DNA of 64,000 nucleotides from Squalus acanthias (Eukaryota): NCBI GenBank assembly GCA_030390025.1, contig CM059430.1, positions 74,524,001 to 74,588,000 of the forward strand, read 5' to 3'. Shown piece by piece: positions 10,501 to 21,510 of this stretch (position 1 is its first letter; each line of letters starts with the position of its first letter). The notes under the pieces were generated by a model. It saw only the letters and a program-made list of their open reading frames with translations, ran no database searches and was not told where the DNA came from. The position numbers and the translations under genes were made by a program.

Positions 10501-12202
10501 AATTCGATGTTTTAAACAAAACTTTAATTATTTGAAAAAAATATTAAATATTTTTACGGGGCTGGAAATAAACTTGCCTTTTTAAAAATTATATTTTAAT
10601 TATAAATGAGTGAATAATTTAAAAAAATGTCTTAACTCTTCTGTTGGTAAAAGCAGGCATTACCCCTGCTTTTACCAGGCTTAAGATTTTTAATTGATTT
10701 CAGCCAGCAGAGATTCTGCAGAAAGCGGAACGCTCCACCCGCAGAGGCACTTCTCCAGGGAAGGCGTGCGATCTGTCAGGAGGATTTTTGACAGATCGAA
10801 AATACCGGTTTTCAGAGCAGGCTCTTCGAATGCCTGAAACCTCCAATTGGGAGGTCACTACGGGTGTGTACACAGCTCGTACACACACGTAGGGATCGGA
10901 AAGTACGGGTCATTCTCTTCCAATCGCCATGCTGAGTTTAAATTGTTGCATGTTCTGTTGCTACACCGAGACGGTTTGTTCTTCTGCACAGCAACGATCG
11001 AGTTCGGACATTGTTCTTGTCTACAATACTAGCTTTATCCTGTGGTTTTCGCCAGGTCCAACGTACGGCCGTTCAGGAATTTTATCTGGAACGCAGAATT
11101 TGGAAGCGCCGTCTAAACAACGGTAATAGGAATCGTGCTCTTCTAATTCGATAAAGGACATTTCAAAGTGTATACTATTGCGAATAAGCCCAAGAGTGTT
11201 CATCCTCCCACTTAGTGCCTAAACTTAAAATGTGTTTTATTTCCAAGCATTGAATTAAATTTCCTCGACAAACAGAGAATAAATAATAACTGCTGATATA
11301 GGTCAATTGCCGCGTTTTGCAGAGACGCTGGAACAGTAAACTTTCCATTTTGTTGAACACATGTCGTTATAAAGAAGTAGAAAGCTCTATTATTTTATAC
11401 AGAATGCATTTCTGTATTGAACGACTTTGATAAACGCAGTTTGAATCGCGGCAGCAACTAAACACTTCACGTTTCTAATTGCAGCCACACTTACCATATA
11501 CAACAAGTTGTACACCAGTTTCTTTTGCAATCGTTTGATGCTGATTTTTTGCTGCAGAGTAATACGTTCCGGCGTCCGGGATAGTTACATTCAGTAAGTG
11601 AAGGTAGGCGCCGCCTCTCATTAACTTGAACAATTGTCTGCTGTCTTCTTGCAGGAAGGTTTTATTATCATCTCTCCACCAGTAAACAGTTACGTTTGAA
11701 TGATCGGGATTATAGGGGAAATAACATCGGAAAGTAATGTTTGTGCCTCTGAACGCCTTCCTTTGTATAATATCAGGAGACACCTTGCTCGAAGTTTCAA
11801 CAGCAACTATCAACAAAATATGCACATTCGGATTTAATCATTCATATATAAGGAAGCTGATTTGCACAACCAAAATAACATTGTGCGTCCAGTCCTTTGA
11901 TACATTAGTAATTCAATGAACCTAAATATCAGAATTATTTTCCAGTTATTGAATGTGTTTTCTCATGGAATTATCATAAATGACATTACCTTTCTCATCC
12001 AGATATGTCCTTCTGGCAAGAAACACATGACATGAAAACAATTCAGCAAATTAAAACAGCAAGTACAATACCAGTTTGCACATCAACTATAACATCGACT
12101 TCATGTGCTGTGTCAGGAACAGTTAATATAAAACAACAATAATAAAAGTGTACCTGGATACAAAATGCCCAGGAAACAAATTCCCCAAAGGGACCCATTC
12201 AT
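1435..12202 (-). CDS. Gene 1: SIRP-like V(J)-C1-TM-ITIM inhibitory Ig-superfamily receptor, ~346 aa; exons 12202-12154, 11806-11495, 9899-9594, 8786-8673, 8160-8117, 1801-1691, 1539-1435
   Basis: All introns are GT-AG with compatible phases (1,1,1,1,0,0); total 1041 nt open; signal peptide, V-set, C1-set, TM and two LTYAAL ITIMs; tail exon sizes (44, 111 nt) match the paralog at 57-60 kb. Confidence 0.85.
1691..1801 (-). CDS. Gene 1 ITIM exon A (NERDPAEDKLTYAALDLIGSKEGEKCKQHEGRTVYAE)
   Basis: tttatag| ... GAG|gtaaag; 111 nt; ITIM LTYAAL. Confidence 0.85.
2700..3005 (-). mobile_element. Degenerate Deu-domain SINE (SacSINE1/AmnSINE-like)
   Basis: Reverse complement contains 'agaagatcccagggcacgattttaaaaacagcagggga', resembling the Deu core as I recall it (aaagatcccatggcactatttcgaagaagagcagggga). 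Confidence 0.55.
3351..4084. mobile_element. PIF/Harbinger-type MITE, family A
   Basis: 16-bp terminal inverted repeat (TIR) GGCCCAAAAATTAGTG / CACTAATTTTTGGGCC, 3-bp TSD AAT on both sides; closely similar copy at 49805-50531. Confidence 0.85.
4331..6570 (+). mobile_element. 5'-truncated Penelope-like retroelement (RT + GIY-YIG) with pLTR-like 3' tail
   Basis: IKPADKGGAVVV, MDVQSLYTSIP, GVAMGTRMGPSYA, FRYIDD, NLVYCIRCS*CGLLFIGE, RFAEH, LEEQHLIFRLGTLQPSGLN; a few frameshifts and one stop. Confidence 0.93.
6436..6472 (+). ncRNA. Minimal (dimeric-type) hammerhead ribozyme motif in the Penelope tail
   Basis: AGTT-CTGACGA-a-AGGTC atc GACCT-GAAA-CGTT-AACT: core CUGANGA/GAAA, stem II, palindromic ACGT stem III, stem I AGTT/AACT. 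Confidence 0.72.
7050..7445 (+). mobile_element. SINE made of the 5' head plus 3' tail of the LINE at 17156-20520
   Basis: Matches the reverse complement of ~20190-20450 up to 'gggctagcaagccact', then joins the LINE tail 'ttcaagaagaaggcccaccagcac...catcccgaaaatgaataataaa'. Confidence 0.7.
8117..8160 (-). CDS. Gene 1 44-nt cytoplasmic exon (GGKRNSVNTDQHEDR)
   Basis: ttttccaccag| ... CGG|gtaagg; homologous in size, phase and sequence to 59938-59895. Confidence 0.82.
8673..8786 (-). CDS. Gene 1 transmembrane exon
   Basis: EFVSPISVDLIVGCTGGAVIIILLTIMTVKGLPFITSK; gatag| ... AAG|gtatga; 114 nt; no charged residue in the TM core. Confidence 0.82.
9594..9899 (-). CDS. Gene 1 C1-set Ig exon
   Basis: LRLQCRTAAFYPNDFNLTWHKNG...LYEVISSL...YTCQVHH; acceptor tttag|, donor G|gtaata; 306 nt, phase 1-1. 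Confidence 0.92.
10167..10911. mobile_element. Harbinger-type MITE, family B (in the V-C1 intron)
   Basis: ttctccgatcgg ... gggatcggaaagtacgggtc ends, AT-rich core; colinear with 60142-60823. Confidence 0.75.
11495..11806 (-). CDS. Gene 1 V-set (VJ-type) Ig exon
   Basis: NITFRC...VTVYWW...AYLHLLNVTIPDAGTYYS...TGVQLVVY; acceptor gatag|, donor G|gtaagt; 312 nt, phase 1-1. Confidence 0.9.
12154..12202 (-). CDS. Gene 1 exon 1, signal peptide MNGSLWGICFLGILYP
   Basis: ATG at 12202, hydrophobic leader, phase-1 donor CAG|gtacac. Confidence 0.75.
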
Positions 12203-12350
12203 AAAGATATCGGCAAAGAAAATAGGGTAGATCATCCGTTGTGACTTAGAGCGGAATGGATGAAGATTTGACGATTGGGTGGCTGTGTGCGTAATATAAT
12301 CTCATACTGATCTGTGATGTCAGACAGCACATGACTGTTCAATTGCATAG

Positions 12351-12540
12351 TGTTTTTTTTATTCATGCACGGGATGTGGGCGTCGCTGGAACGTCCAGCA
12401 TGTATTGCCCATCCATAATTACCCATGAGAAGTTGGTGGTGAGCTGCCTTATTGAACAGCTTCAGTTTTTCGTAGCGCACAACTGAATGGCTTGGTAGGC
12501 TATTTCAGTGAGCAATTAAGAGTCAACCACATTGGTGCAG
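12351..12540 (-). mobile_element. Truncated copy of the head+tail SINE, just upstream of the gene 1 ATG
   Basis: Same LINE tail and same head/tail junction as 7050-7445, reverse orientation. Confidence 0.65.
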
Positions 12541-13566
12541 AAATGCATGCCCTTTAGACGTGATCTGCCGCGGTAGCTGTGAGCAGAAAAGGTAGCAGGA
12601 ACTAGCAAGCTGTAGCTTTAGCATAATAGGGAGCTTAATAGAATTATACTTGAGCTCACAAGTCCACAAATGCTCTTTTCTTCACCCGCCAGGACGGACG
12701 AATACTGCAAATGTGCGTTTTTTTTGATTCTGCAGAATCAGCTAATTGGGCTCATTGTTGAACTAAAAAGGATCGCCTGAGTACCAAAGTCCATTTCTGC
12801 CATGCTGCTTCTTGTAAGAAACACATATTTGATGTAAGGAAGGCCCATAGATTGTTGGATCGAGCCAGAATTACAAGACTTGATTGCACGATAATATTGC
12901 GGTAGAGGAGGTAATTGAATGTAGATGGGATGATTGTGTCTACTTTCAAATTTATCTTCTAATTCCTTTTAAGAATTTCAAACCATTATATGGACTATGG
13001 ATAGTAGCCATTTTAATATAAAAGCTGTGACTACTCTTGGATCCAGGGCTCCACTGGCAGTAATACTAGCCAGTCAGGTTCTGAATTGAATCTGGAGCTC
13101 ACTGGTGACAAGCAGTGGCAGTGTGAGATGCTCTCCGCCTGGAAGATCAGTCCCCTATAACGTGTGGCTGGGAGTAAAAAGTAGAACCTCCTGGACATAA
13201 ACAAGCTATTGGAATAAAATTGCGTTGTGGAATCATGGCAGTTCAGTCACTTTAGCCCGTCTGTCGAACACGCCGTCCAGCGCCGCTTAAGAAAAGCGTT
13301 AACCCAACGCCAGGAATTGAAGTAACTGCTATAGTCCGTAATCCCAACATGACAATATGGTATCAGTTCCACGGTATTTCCCCCGATATCCCAGCATAAC
13401 TTCTGGGGAATTTCTGCGGAAAGGCCGCGAAAATTCTAGCCCTTAATATTTTTTCAGTTTCCCGACGTCAATACCAAATTTGGATACAATATCATTGACA
13501 ATTTCTGTTTAAAAATCGCAGTTATAGTTACATTACAATGTAGGACGTATCACCAAGAAGGTATTT

Positions 13567-14326
13567 GGCCAAAAAGTCGGCCCTTCCTGGCTAAGTACAC
13601 ACTGCGTACTCACCGGTAAGGCGTCCGGAAGTGCCGGTTTCCTGCATGCACTGCGCATGCGCGGGAAACCGGAACTTCCGGTCTGGTGAAGGGGGCGGTT
13701 CATAGGTGAACCGCGTGCGCGGTAGAGACTTCGCGTACGCGGCAAACTTAGATTTTTTTTTAGGTTTCTACCGGAGGGTAAGAATTGAAAAACCTGCACA
13801 TATAAAAAGGAGGCGCAAGAGACGTTTTCAACAAGGTAAGTGGTGAATTAAGTATAATTTAAAACAATTTTCAACAGGTTTATCTTTTTTAGATACTTTA
13901 AAGAAAGGTAAGTTTATTTTAGCACTGTTAACAAGTATTTTAATTGTATCAAAAATTTAATTTTTGTTTAAAGTGGTTAATTTATTTAACTATAGTTATT
14001 TTATAAATTTGATGATTTTAAAAAAATTATTTTCAGTTTAGCTGTTCTTTTGGGGCCGATTTCAATCCATAGATTTAACAGGGCTTCCGTTCAAATCTAT
14101 GAATGATAGATGGTCTGCTGCCATTGGCTCTCCATGGCCCACGTGATCCCAGGGGACGCATCGCACTAACTGCACCCCTGGTACATGCACGCACTGCGCG
14201 CAGGCACTTGGAGCAGGCCCAGGAGCTGAAGTTGCCGTTGGCCCAAAACCCAACGGCAGGCGCGGTAGGTTAGTGCGCTCGCGATCCTTACCCCCGCGGC
14301 AAGCCGGAGAGGCGAATTTCAGGGCC
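13567..14326. mobile_element. Harbinger-type MITE related to family A, opposite orientation
   Basis: GGCCAAAAAGTCG ... CGAATTTCAGGGCC ends; internal similarity to the reverse complement of 3351-4084. Confidence 0.78.
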
Positions 14327-14454
14327 ATTTTCTTTAAATAATCTAAATTTAGTTGGAGGTAGGAAGATGCAAAAGCTAATTTAGCAAATGAAATAAATCA
14401 AAAATGTAAATTAAAGAATACTTGCCTGATGCATTGCGTTAATGTGTGAAGACT

Positions 14455-15545
14455 TAAAATAAAACTGTGACGTTATTTATTGTAAATAGCTGAGCAGTAT
14501 AATTAAATGATGTCGCAGAAAGACTGTTATTGAGCGCTTGTTTCAATTCATTCTCCTGGAATTATCGCAGAATTTCCTGCCAATTCCCGCCACAACATGG
14601 GAGAATCATTAGCGGGATCCTCAGAGAAAGCCACAGCAAATTTTTCAAATTCCTGAATAAAAACTCATCAGCTACGTTTTGACGAGTATCACAGAATACG
14701 AGTTAAGTAGTGTATCAGCGATGGTTCTTGTCTCTTGTTTCACTTTATTCACCAACCGGCGCTAATAGCTGAGCTGACCATAGTATTGAATTAAAATACT
14801 CCGTTTGAGAGAAGAACTGGTTTATTTTGTTACTGGTTTTAAAGAGCGGTATCGATTCTACAGTTTACCGATAATATCTTAAAGGCTGGAACACAGAACG
14901 TTTTTAACGATTGGCAGGTCAGATAACAGCATCTATAATCGAGCAAAGGTATGAAACTCCGAGTGGAATAAGTTGCACATGTTGACATGAGGTCAGCTCT
15001 ATGCCCTTTCTATATGATATAATGTTTGACTGAAAAGGACGTTTTGCACAATAAGCTGCCGTGAAGATGGTACATGTGGTTTAGGTTTGGTCCATAGCAT
15101 CACACTTCCATTGAGTGATGTCCATTATTGCACTTTGAGTGTAAATAAAAAACTGCAAGGTCAGGTTTTAAAATGGAACGATGTTAACTTGATGGCGCCT
15201 GAATGTAAGATTTTGTATTTATATTATTATCATTCTCCAGAATATATTTCAAAATCAAAATATATCTTTCTGTTCGCAGGGCAGTATTTCATGCAGCGGG
15301 GAACGTACAGGAAATGCGTTTTTGCATTCAGTTCTAGGCTCCCATATATTACAGAGAGCTGCATTTAGAGAAAATGCCACACACAGAAGAAAATCCGATT
15401 GTGGGTTTTATTCCTGCTAGAAGTACAATAATAAAACGAAGTCATGTTCAATATGCACAGGGCAGTAGTTGAGCGACATATCGAGCATTGCGTGGTCTTC
15501 TGTCCATCCCATTATAGCAAAGTGTTTTGGTGCCATTAACAGGGT
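14455..15545. repeat. Non-coding tandem duplication, copy A
   Basis: Colinear with 16110-16437 + 21511-22250 (e.g. tcgcagaaagac, tgtatcagcgatgg, gtttattttgtta, tgacatgaggtcagctct, gacgttaact). Confidence 0.75.
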
Positions 15546-16436
15546 AAAACTTGCGGTTGCGTCTAAAAAGTCGGAAAAATATCTTGGACATTAAATAACC
15601 TACTGAAGGCAACTTGAGCTGTAGATGTATCGCAGTTGATTCAATTTCGCAGGTTTCTCTAAAGCTCCTTGCTCCTTCGCTTAAGAAAGGGTTTAACCTG
15701 TGTACACGACCGCTACAAATTGAAATTAGCACTCCAGTCTGTAACCCCAACATGAAAATGGGACAACAGTTAGACGGTCCCCCAACCCGATATTCTACCG
15801 TATTTCGAGGCAATACAAACGGAAAAACACCACCACTCCCCTCTCGGAAATGTTAACCTTTATTATTTTACCAGGCTCCTAAGGTCAACATAAAAATTTC
15901 GATAGCATTTCATTCAGAATTTTACGTGCAAACCGCTCTCAATGATATATTCCAACGTAGGTCGTTCCACGAATTAGGAAAAATAAAGACATTCTCAATT
16001 TAATTCAGTTACGAAGATTCCATGGCTTACTTAGTAACTGACATAAATCACAAATTTAAACTTAAGCTAAACAGTGTTAATGAACTGGATCTTCAAATGA
16101 AGCACTATTGTTAGTTATTGAAATTAACAGCACTGTATACTTAATTGAAATCGCAGAAAGACCGTTGTTGAGAGGTTTTATTTCGATCAATTTCCCTGGA
16201 ATTTCCGCGACATTTCTTCCGAACTCCCGCTGCTTGAACATGGTCGAAATATCTGCGGGAACCTCTGAGCAAGCCACAGTCAATATGTAGTTTTCCTCAA
16301 TAAATCCTCATCAGCCAAGCCATTACGAGGGTCGTAGAAGGCGTGAGAAGTATTGTGTCAGCGATGGCTGCAACAAACCGGCGTTAATGGGTGAGCTGAC
16401 TTTAATATTGAATTAACATGCTCCTTCTGGGAGAAG

Positions 16437-17155
16437 ATTTTTTTTTTTTAATTCGTTAACGGGCGGTGGGCATCTATTGCATGGCTAGCATTTATTACAC
16501 ATCCCTAGTTGCCTTTAAGAAGGTGGTGCGCTGCCTTCTTGAAGAGCTGCAGTCCGTGTTCTGAAAATACACCCACAATACTGTAAGGGATGGATTAGTA
16601 GGACTTTGACGATGAAGGAACGACGGTATATTTCTAAGTTAGGGTGGTGTGTGACTTGGAGGAGAACTTGGAGATGGTGCTGTTCCCACGTGCCTATTAC
16701 CCTTGTTCTTCTAGATGGTAGTGGTCGCGGGTTTGGGAGGTGCTGTCGAAGAAGCCTTGGCGAGTTATTGCAGTGTATCTTTGAAATGTCACACACTGCA
16801 GCCATGTTTCGCCGCTGGTGGATGGAGTGAATGTTTAAGGTAGTGGATGAGGTGCCGATGAAGTGGACTGCTTTGTCCTGGATGGTGTAGTGATGTGGGA
16901 GCTACACTCATCCAGGCAAGTGTAGAGTTTTCCATCATAATCCTGATTTGTACCTTGTATGTGGTGGAAAGGCTTTGGCAGTCGGATGGTAGGTCACCTA
17001 GCCTCTGAACTGTAACTATAGACACAAGATTTATCTGGCTGTTCCAATTAATTTTCTGGTCAACGGTGACCCCCAGGATATTGATGGTGGGGTATTCGAC
17101 GATGGTAATGCTATTGAATGTCAAGGGGAGGTGGCTAGACTCTAATTTGGTGAGG
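16437..17155 (-). mobile_element. CR1-group LINE 3' fragment (same family as 17156-20520)
   Basis: Poly-T end at ~16438-16449; RT C-terminal peptides (TINILGVTVDQK, HCNNSPRLLRQHLPNPRP). Confidence 0.85.
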
Positions 17156-20100
17156 TTTTTTTTATTCGTTTTTATGGGATGTGGGTGTCGTTGGCAAGGC
17201 CAGCATTTATTGTCCATTGCTAATTGTCCTTGAGAAGGTGGTGGTGAGCCGCCTTCTTGAAGCGCTGCAGTCCTTGTGCTGAAGGTACACCCACAGTGCT
17301 CTTAGGTAGGGAGTTCCTGGATTTTGACCCAGCGATGATAAAGGATCGGCGATATACTTCTAAGTCAGGATGATGTTTAACTTGGAGGGGAACTTGGAAG
17401 TGGTGATGTTGCCATGCGTATGCTGGCCTTGTCCTTCCAGGTCCAAGAGGTCGCGGGTTTGGGAGGTGTTGCCGAAGAAGCATTGGCGAGTTGCTGCAGT
17501 GCATCTTGTAGATGGTACACACTGCAGCCACGGTACGCAAGTGGTGGAAGGTGTGGATGTTTAATGTGGTAGAGGGGGTGCCAATACAGTGGTCTGCTTT
17601 GTCGTGGATGGTGTCGAGCTTCTGGACTGTTGTTGGAGCTGCACTCATCCAGGCAAGTGGAGAATATTCCATCACACTTCTTACTTGTGCCTTGTCGATG
17701 GTAGAAAGGATTTGGGAAGTCAGGAGGTGAGACACTCGCCGCAGAATTCCTAGACTCTTAACTGCTCTTGTTGCCATAGTATTTATGTGGCTGGTCCCGT
17801 TCAGTTTCTGTTCAAATGTTTCCCCCAGGATGTTGATGGTGAGGGATTCAGTGATGGTAATGCCATTGAATGTCAAGGGGCGGTGTTTAGACTCTCGCTT
17901 GTTCGAAATAGTAATTGCCTGACACTTCTGTGGCGCGAATGTTATCTCCCACTTATCTTTCCAAGCTTGAACGTCATCCAGGTCTTGTTGCATGCGGGCA
18001 TGGACTGCTTCATTATCTGAGGAGTTGTGAATGGCACTGAACACTGTGCAGTCATCAGCGAACATCCCCATTTCTGATATTATGTTGGAGGGAAGGTCAT
18101 TGATGAAACAGCAGAAGATGGTTCGGCCTAGGACACTGCCCTGTGGAACTCCTGCAGCGATGTCCTGGGGCTGTGATGATTGACTTTCTATCACCACAAC
18201 CATCTTCCTTTATGCTAGGTATGACTCCAGCCACTGGAGAGTTTCCCCCCCCGATTCCCATTGACTTCAGTTTTACTAGGGCTCCTTCATGTCATATTCG
18301 GTCAAATGCTGCCTTGATTTCAAGTGCAGTCACTCTCACCTCACCTCTGGAATTCAGCTCCTTTGTCTATGATTGGACCAAGGCTGTAATGAGGTTGGCA
18401 GCCGAGTGGTCTTGACGGAACGCAAACTGGGCTACAGTGAGCAGGTTATTGTTGAGTAAGTGACGCTTGATAGCACTGTCGATTACACCTTCCATCAGTT
18501 TGCTAATCATTGAGAGTAGAATGATGGGGGAGGTTTTTGGCCGGATAGAATTTGTCCTGCTTTTTGTGGACAGGACACACCTGGGCAGTTTTGCTCATTG
18601 TCGGATAGATGCCAGTGTTGTAGCTGTACTGGACGTGCTTGGCTAGATGCGCAGCTAGCTCTGAAGCACAAGTCTTCAGCACGATAGCCGGGATGTTGTC
18701 AGGGACAATAGCCTTTGCTGTATCCTGTGCGCTCAACCGTTTATTGATATCACGTGGAGTGAATCGAATTGGCTGATGACTGGCAGCTGTGATGGTGGGG
18801 ACCGCAGGAGGAGGCCGATATGGCTCATCCACTCTGCACTTCAGGCTGAAGCTGGTTGCAAATGCTTCATCCTTGTCTTTTGCACTCACGTGCTGCGCTC
18901 CACCATCATTGAGGATGGGGATATTCTTTGCACCTCCTCCTCCCGTTAGTCGTTTAATGGTCCACCACCATTCACGACTGGATGTGCCAGGACTGCAGAG
19001 CTTTGATCTGATCCGTTGATTGTGGGATCGCTTAGACCTTTCTATAGCATGCTGCCATGATCTCATTGAATGGAGGAGCAGGCTGGAAGGGCCTATTCCT
19101 GCTCCTGCTCCTATTTCTTAAGTTCCTGCTTTTTAGCATGCATGTAGTCCTGTGTTGCAGCTTCCCCAGTTTTGCACCTCATTTTTAGGTACGCCTGGTA
19201 CTGCTCCTGGCATGATCTTCTGCACCCGGGTTGGACATCTGGTTTGATGGTAATGGTAGAGTGAGGGATATGCCGGCCATGAAATTACAGATTGTGGTGG
19301 AATACAATCCGCTGTTGCTGATGGCCCACCGTGCCTCATGGATGCAAAGTTTTGAGCTGCTAGATCTGTTCTGAATCTATCCCATTTGGCACGGTGGTAG
19401 TGCCGCACCACACGATGCAGGGAGTCCTCAGTGTCAAGACGGGGCTTCGTCTCCACAATGACTGTGCGTTGGTTACGGCTACCAATACTGTCATTGACAG
19501 TTGCATCTGCGATAGGTAGATTGGCGAGGACGAGGTCAAGTAGGTTTTTCCCTCGTGTTGGTTCTCTCACCAGCTGTCGCAGGCCCAGACTGGCAGCTAT
19601 GCTCTTCAGAACTCGGCCAGCTTTGGTGCTACCGAGCCACTCTTGGTGATGGACATTGAAGTTCCCCACGCAGAATATATTCTGCGCCCTTGCTACAATC
19701 AGTGCTTCTTCCAAGTTGTGTTCAACATAGTGGAGTGCTGATTCATCAGCTGAGGGTGGGGTATATGTGGTAATCAGTAGGATGTTTCCTTGTCCTTGCT
19801 TGACCTGAAGCCATGAGATTTCTTGGAGTCCACAGTCAATGTTGTGAACTCCCAGGTCCACTCCTTCCCGACTGTATACAACTGTGCCACGACTCCTGGT
19901 AGTTTTGTCCTGCCGGTGGGAAAGGACATACCCAGGGATGGTGATGGAGGAGTTTGGGACGTTGGCTGAAAGGTATGATTCTGTGAGCATGATTATGTCA
20001 GGCTGTTGCTTGACTAGTCAGTCGGACTGCTCTCCCAACTTTGGCACAAGTCCCCAGATGTTGGTGAGGAGGATTTTGCAGGTTTGACTGGGCTGGGAGT

Positions 20101-20520
20101 GCTGTTGCCGTGCCCGTAGCCTGTGCCGTGGTCGATGCAAGGTGGTCCGTCCGGTTTCATTTTTATTATTTTATATTGTAGAGGTCAGTTACAACTGAGT
20201 GGCTTGCTAGCCCATTTCAGAGGGCAGTTAAGAGTCCACCACATTGCTGTGAATCAGGAGTCACATATAGGCCAGACCAGGTAAGGACGGCAGATTTCCT
20301 GCCCTAAAGGACATTAGTGAACCAGGTGGGTTTTTACGAAAATCCGATAGTTTCCTGGTTACCATTACTGATACTAGTAATTATTCCAGTGTTATTTAAT
20401 TAACTGCATTTAAATTCCCCAGGTGTCGTGGTGGGATTTGTACTCACGTCTACTAGATCATTAGTCCAGAGCGACTGGATTACTTGCCCAGTAACATTAC
20501 CACTGCGCTACCGTTCCCAT
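17156..20520 (-). mobile_element. Near-full-length single-ORF CR1-group LINE (APE + RT) with tRNA-like 5' head, decayed
   Basis: APE (ILLTNIWGLVPK..PDIIMLTESYL, GKNLLDLVL), tether SSREWWWTIK, RT GVPQGSVLG / MFADD; 5' end has A-box TAGCGCAGTGG and B-box-like GAGTACAAATCC; no ORF1; small CR1 tail inserted at ~19053-19130. Confidence 0.85.
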
Positions 20521-21510
20521 AGATGGTCATTATCTGCCACTTGTGTGGCTCAGATATCACTTTTCAGCCCAAGCGTGGATATTGCATTCGGGCATGGACT
20601 GCTTCATGATCTGAGGAATTGCGAGTGGAACTGAACACATAATATCATCAGCGTAATTCCTCACTTCTGAACTTTTGATGATGGAAGGTCATTGATGAAG
20701 CAGCTACAACTGATTGAGCCTAGGGCACTGACCTGATTAACTGCTGCAGCGATGTCCTGGGCTAAGATGACTGGCCTCATTTTTAACATTCTCCGAGGTG
20801 CTGCACTCGGTCAAATGCTGCTTTTATGTCAAGGCAGTCACTCTCATCTCATCTCTGGAATTCAGCTCTTTGATTCATGTTTGAACCAAGGCTGTAATGG
20901 TGTCTGGAGCGGAGTGTTCCTGGCAGAACCCATTAGAAAGTAGGTACCACTTGATAGCAATGTCGACGACACATTCCATCACTTTGCTGATGATTCATAT
21001 TAGGTTGATGGGTCATAATTTGGCCGGATTGGATTTGAATTCATATGTGGACAGGACATACCTTGGCAATTTTCCACGTTTTCGTGCAGATGTCAGTGTT
21101 GTAGCTGTACTGGAACAGCTTGGCTAGAGACCCGGTTGGTTCTGGAGCACAAGTCGTTAACACTACAGCCCGGATTTTATCGGGGCCCATTGCCTTTGCT
21201 CTATCTAGTGCTCTCAGTCGTTTCTTGAAATCACGAGGAGCGAATCGAATTGGCTGAAGACGGGCATCTGTGTTGGTGGGAACATTAGGATGAGGCCAAG
21301 ATGGATGTTGCACTCGGCACTTCTGGCTGAAGAAGGTTGAGAATGCTTCAGCATTGTGTTTCGCATTCATGTGCTGGGCTCGCCACTGTTTAGGACGGGG
21401 ATGCTCATGATGCCTCCTCGTCCTGTTAGTTGTTTAATTGTCCACCACCAATCACGACTTGATGTGGCAGGACTGCAGATTTTTGGTTTTATCTGCTGGC
21501 TGTGTGATGG
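20521..21510 (-). mobile_element. Internal fragment of the same LINE family
   Basis: SSRDWWWTIKQLTG, KAMGPDKIRAVVL. Confidence 0.8.

Noticed and set aside
11440-11830. Rearranging TCR/Ig V segment
   Set aside because: The G strand is encoded in the same exon and ends at a splice donor; no RSS heptamer/nonamer seen
20430-20520. Functional tRNA gene
   Set aside because: A/B boxes only, no clean cloverleaf; it is a retroelement head
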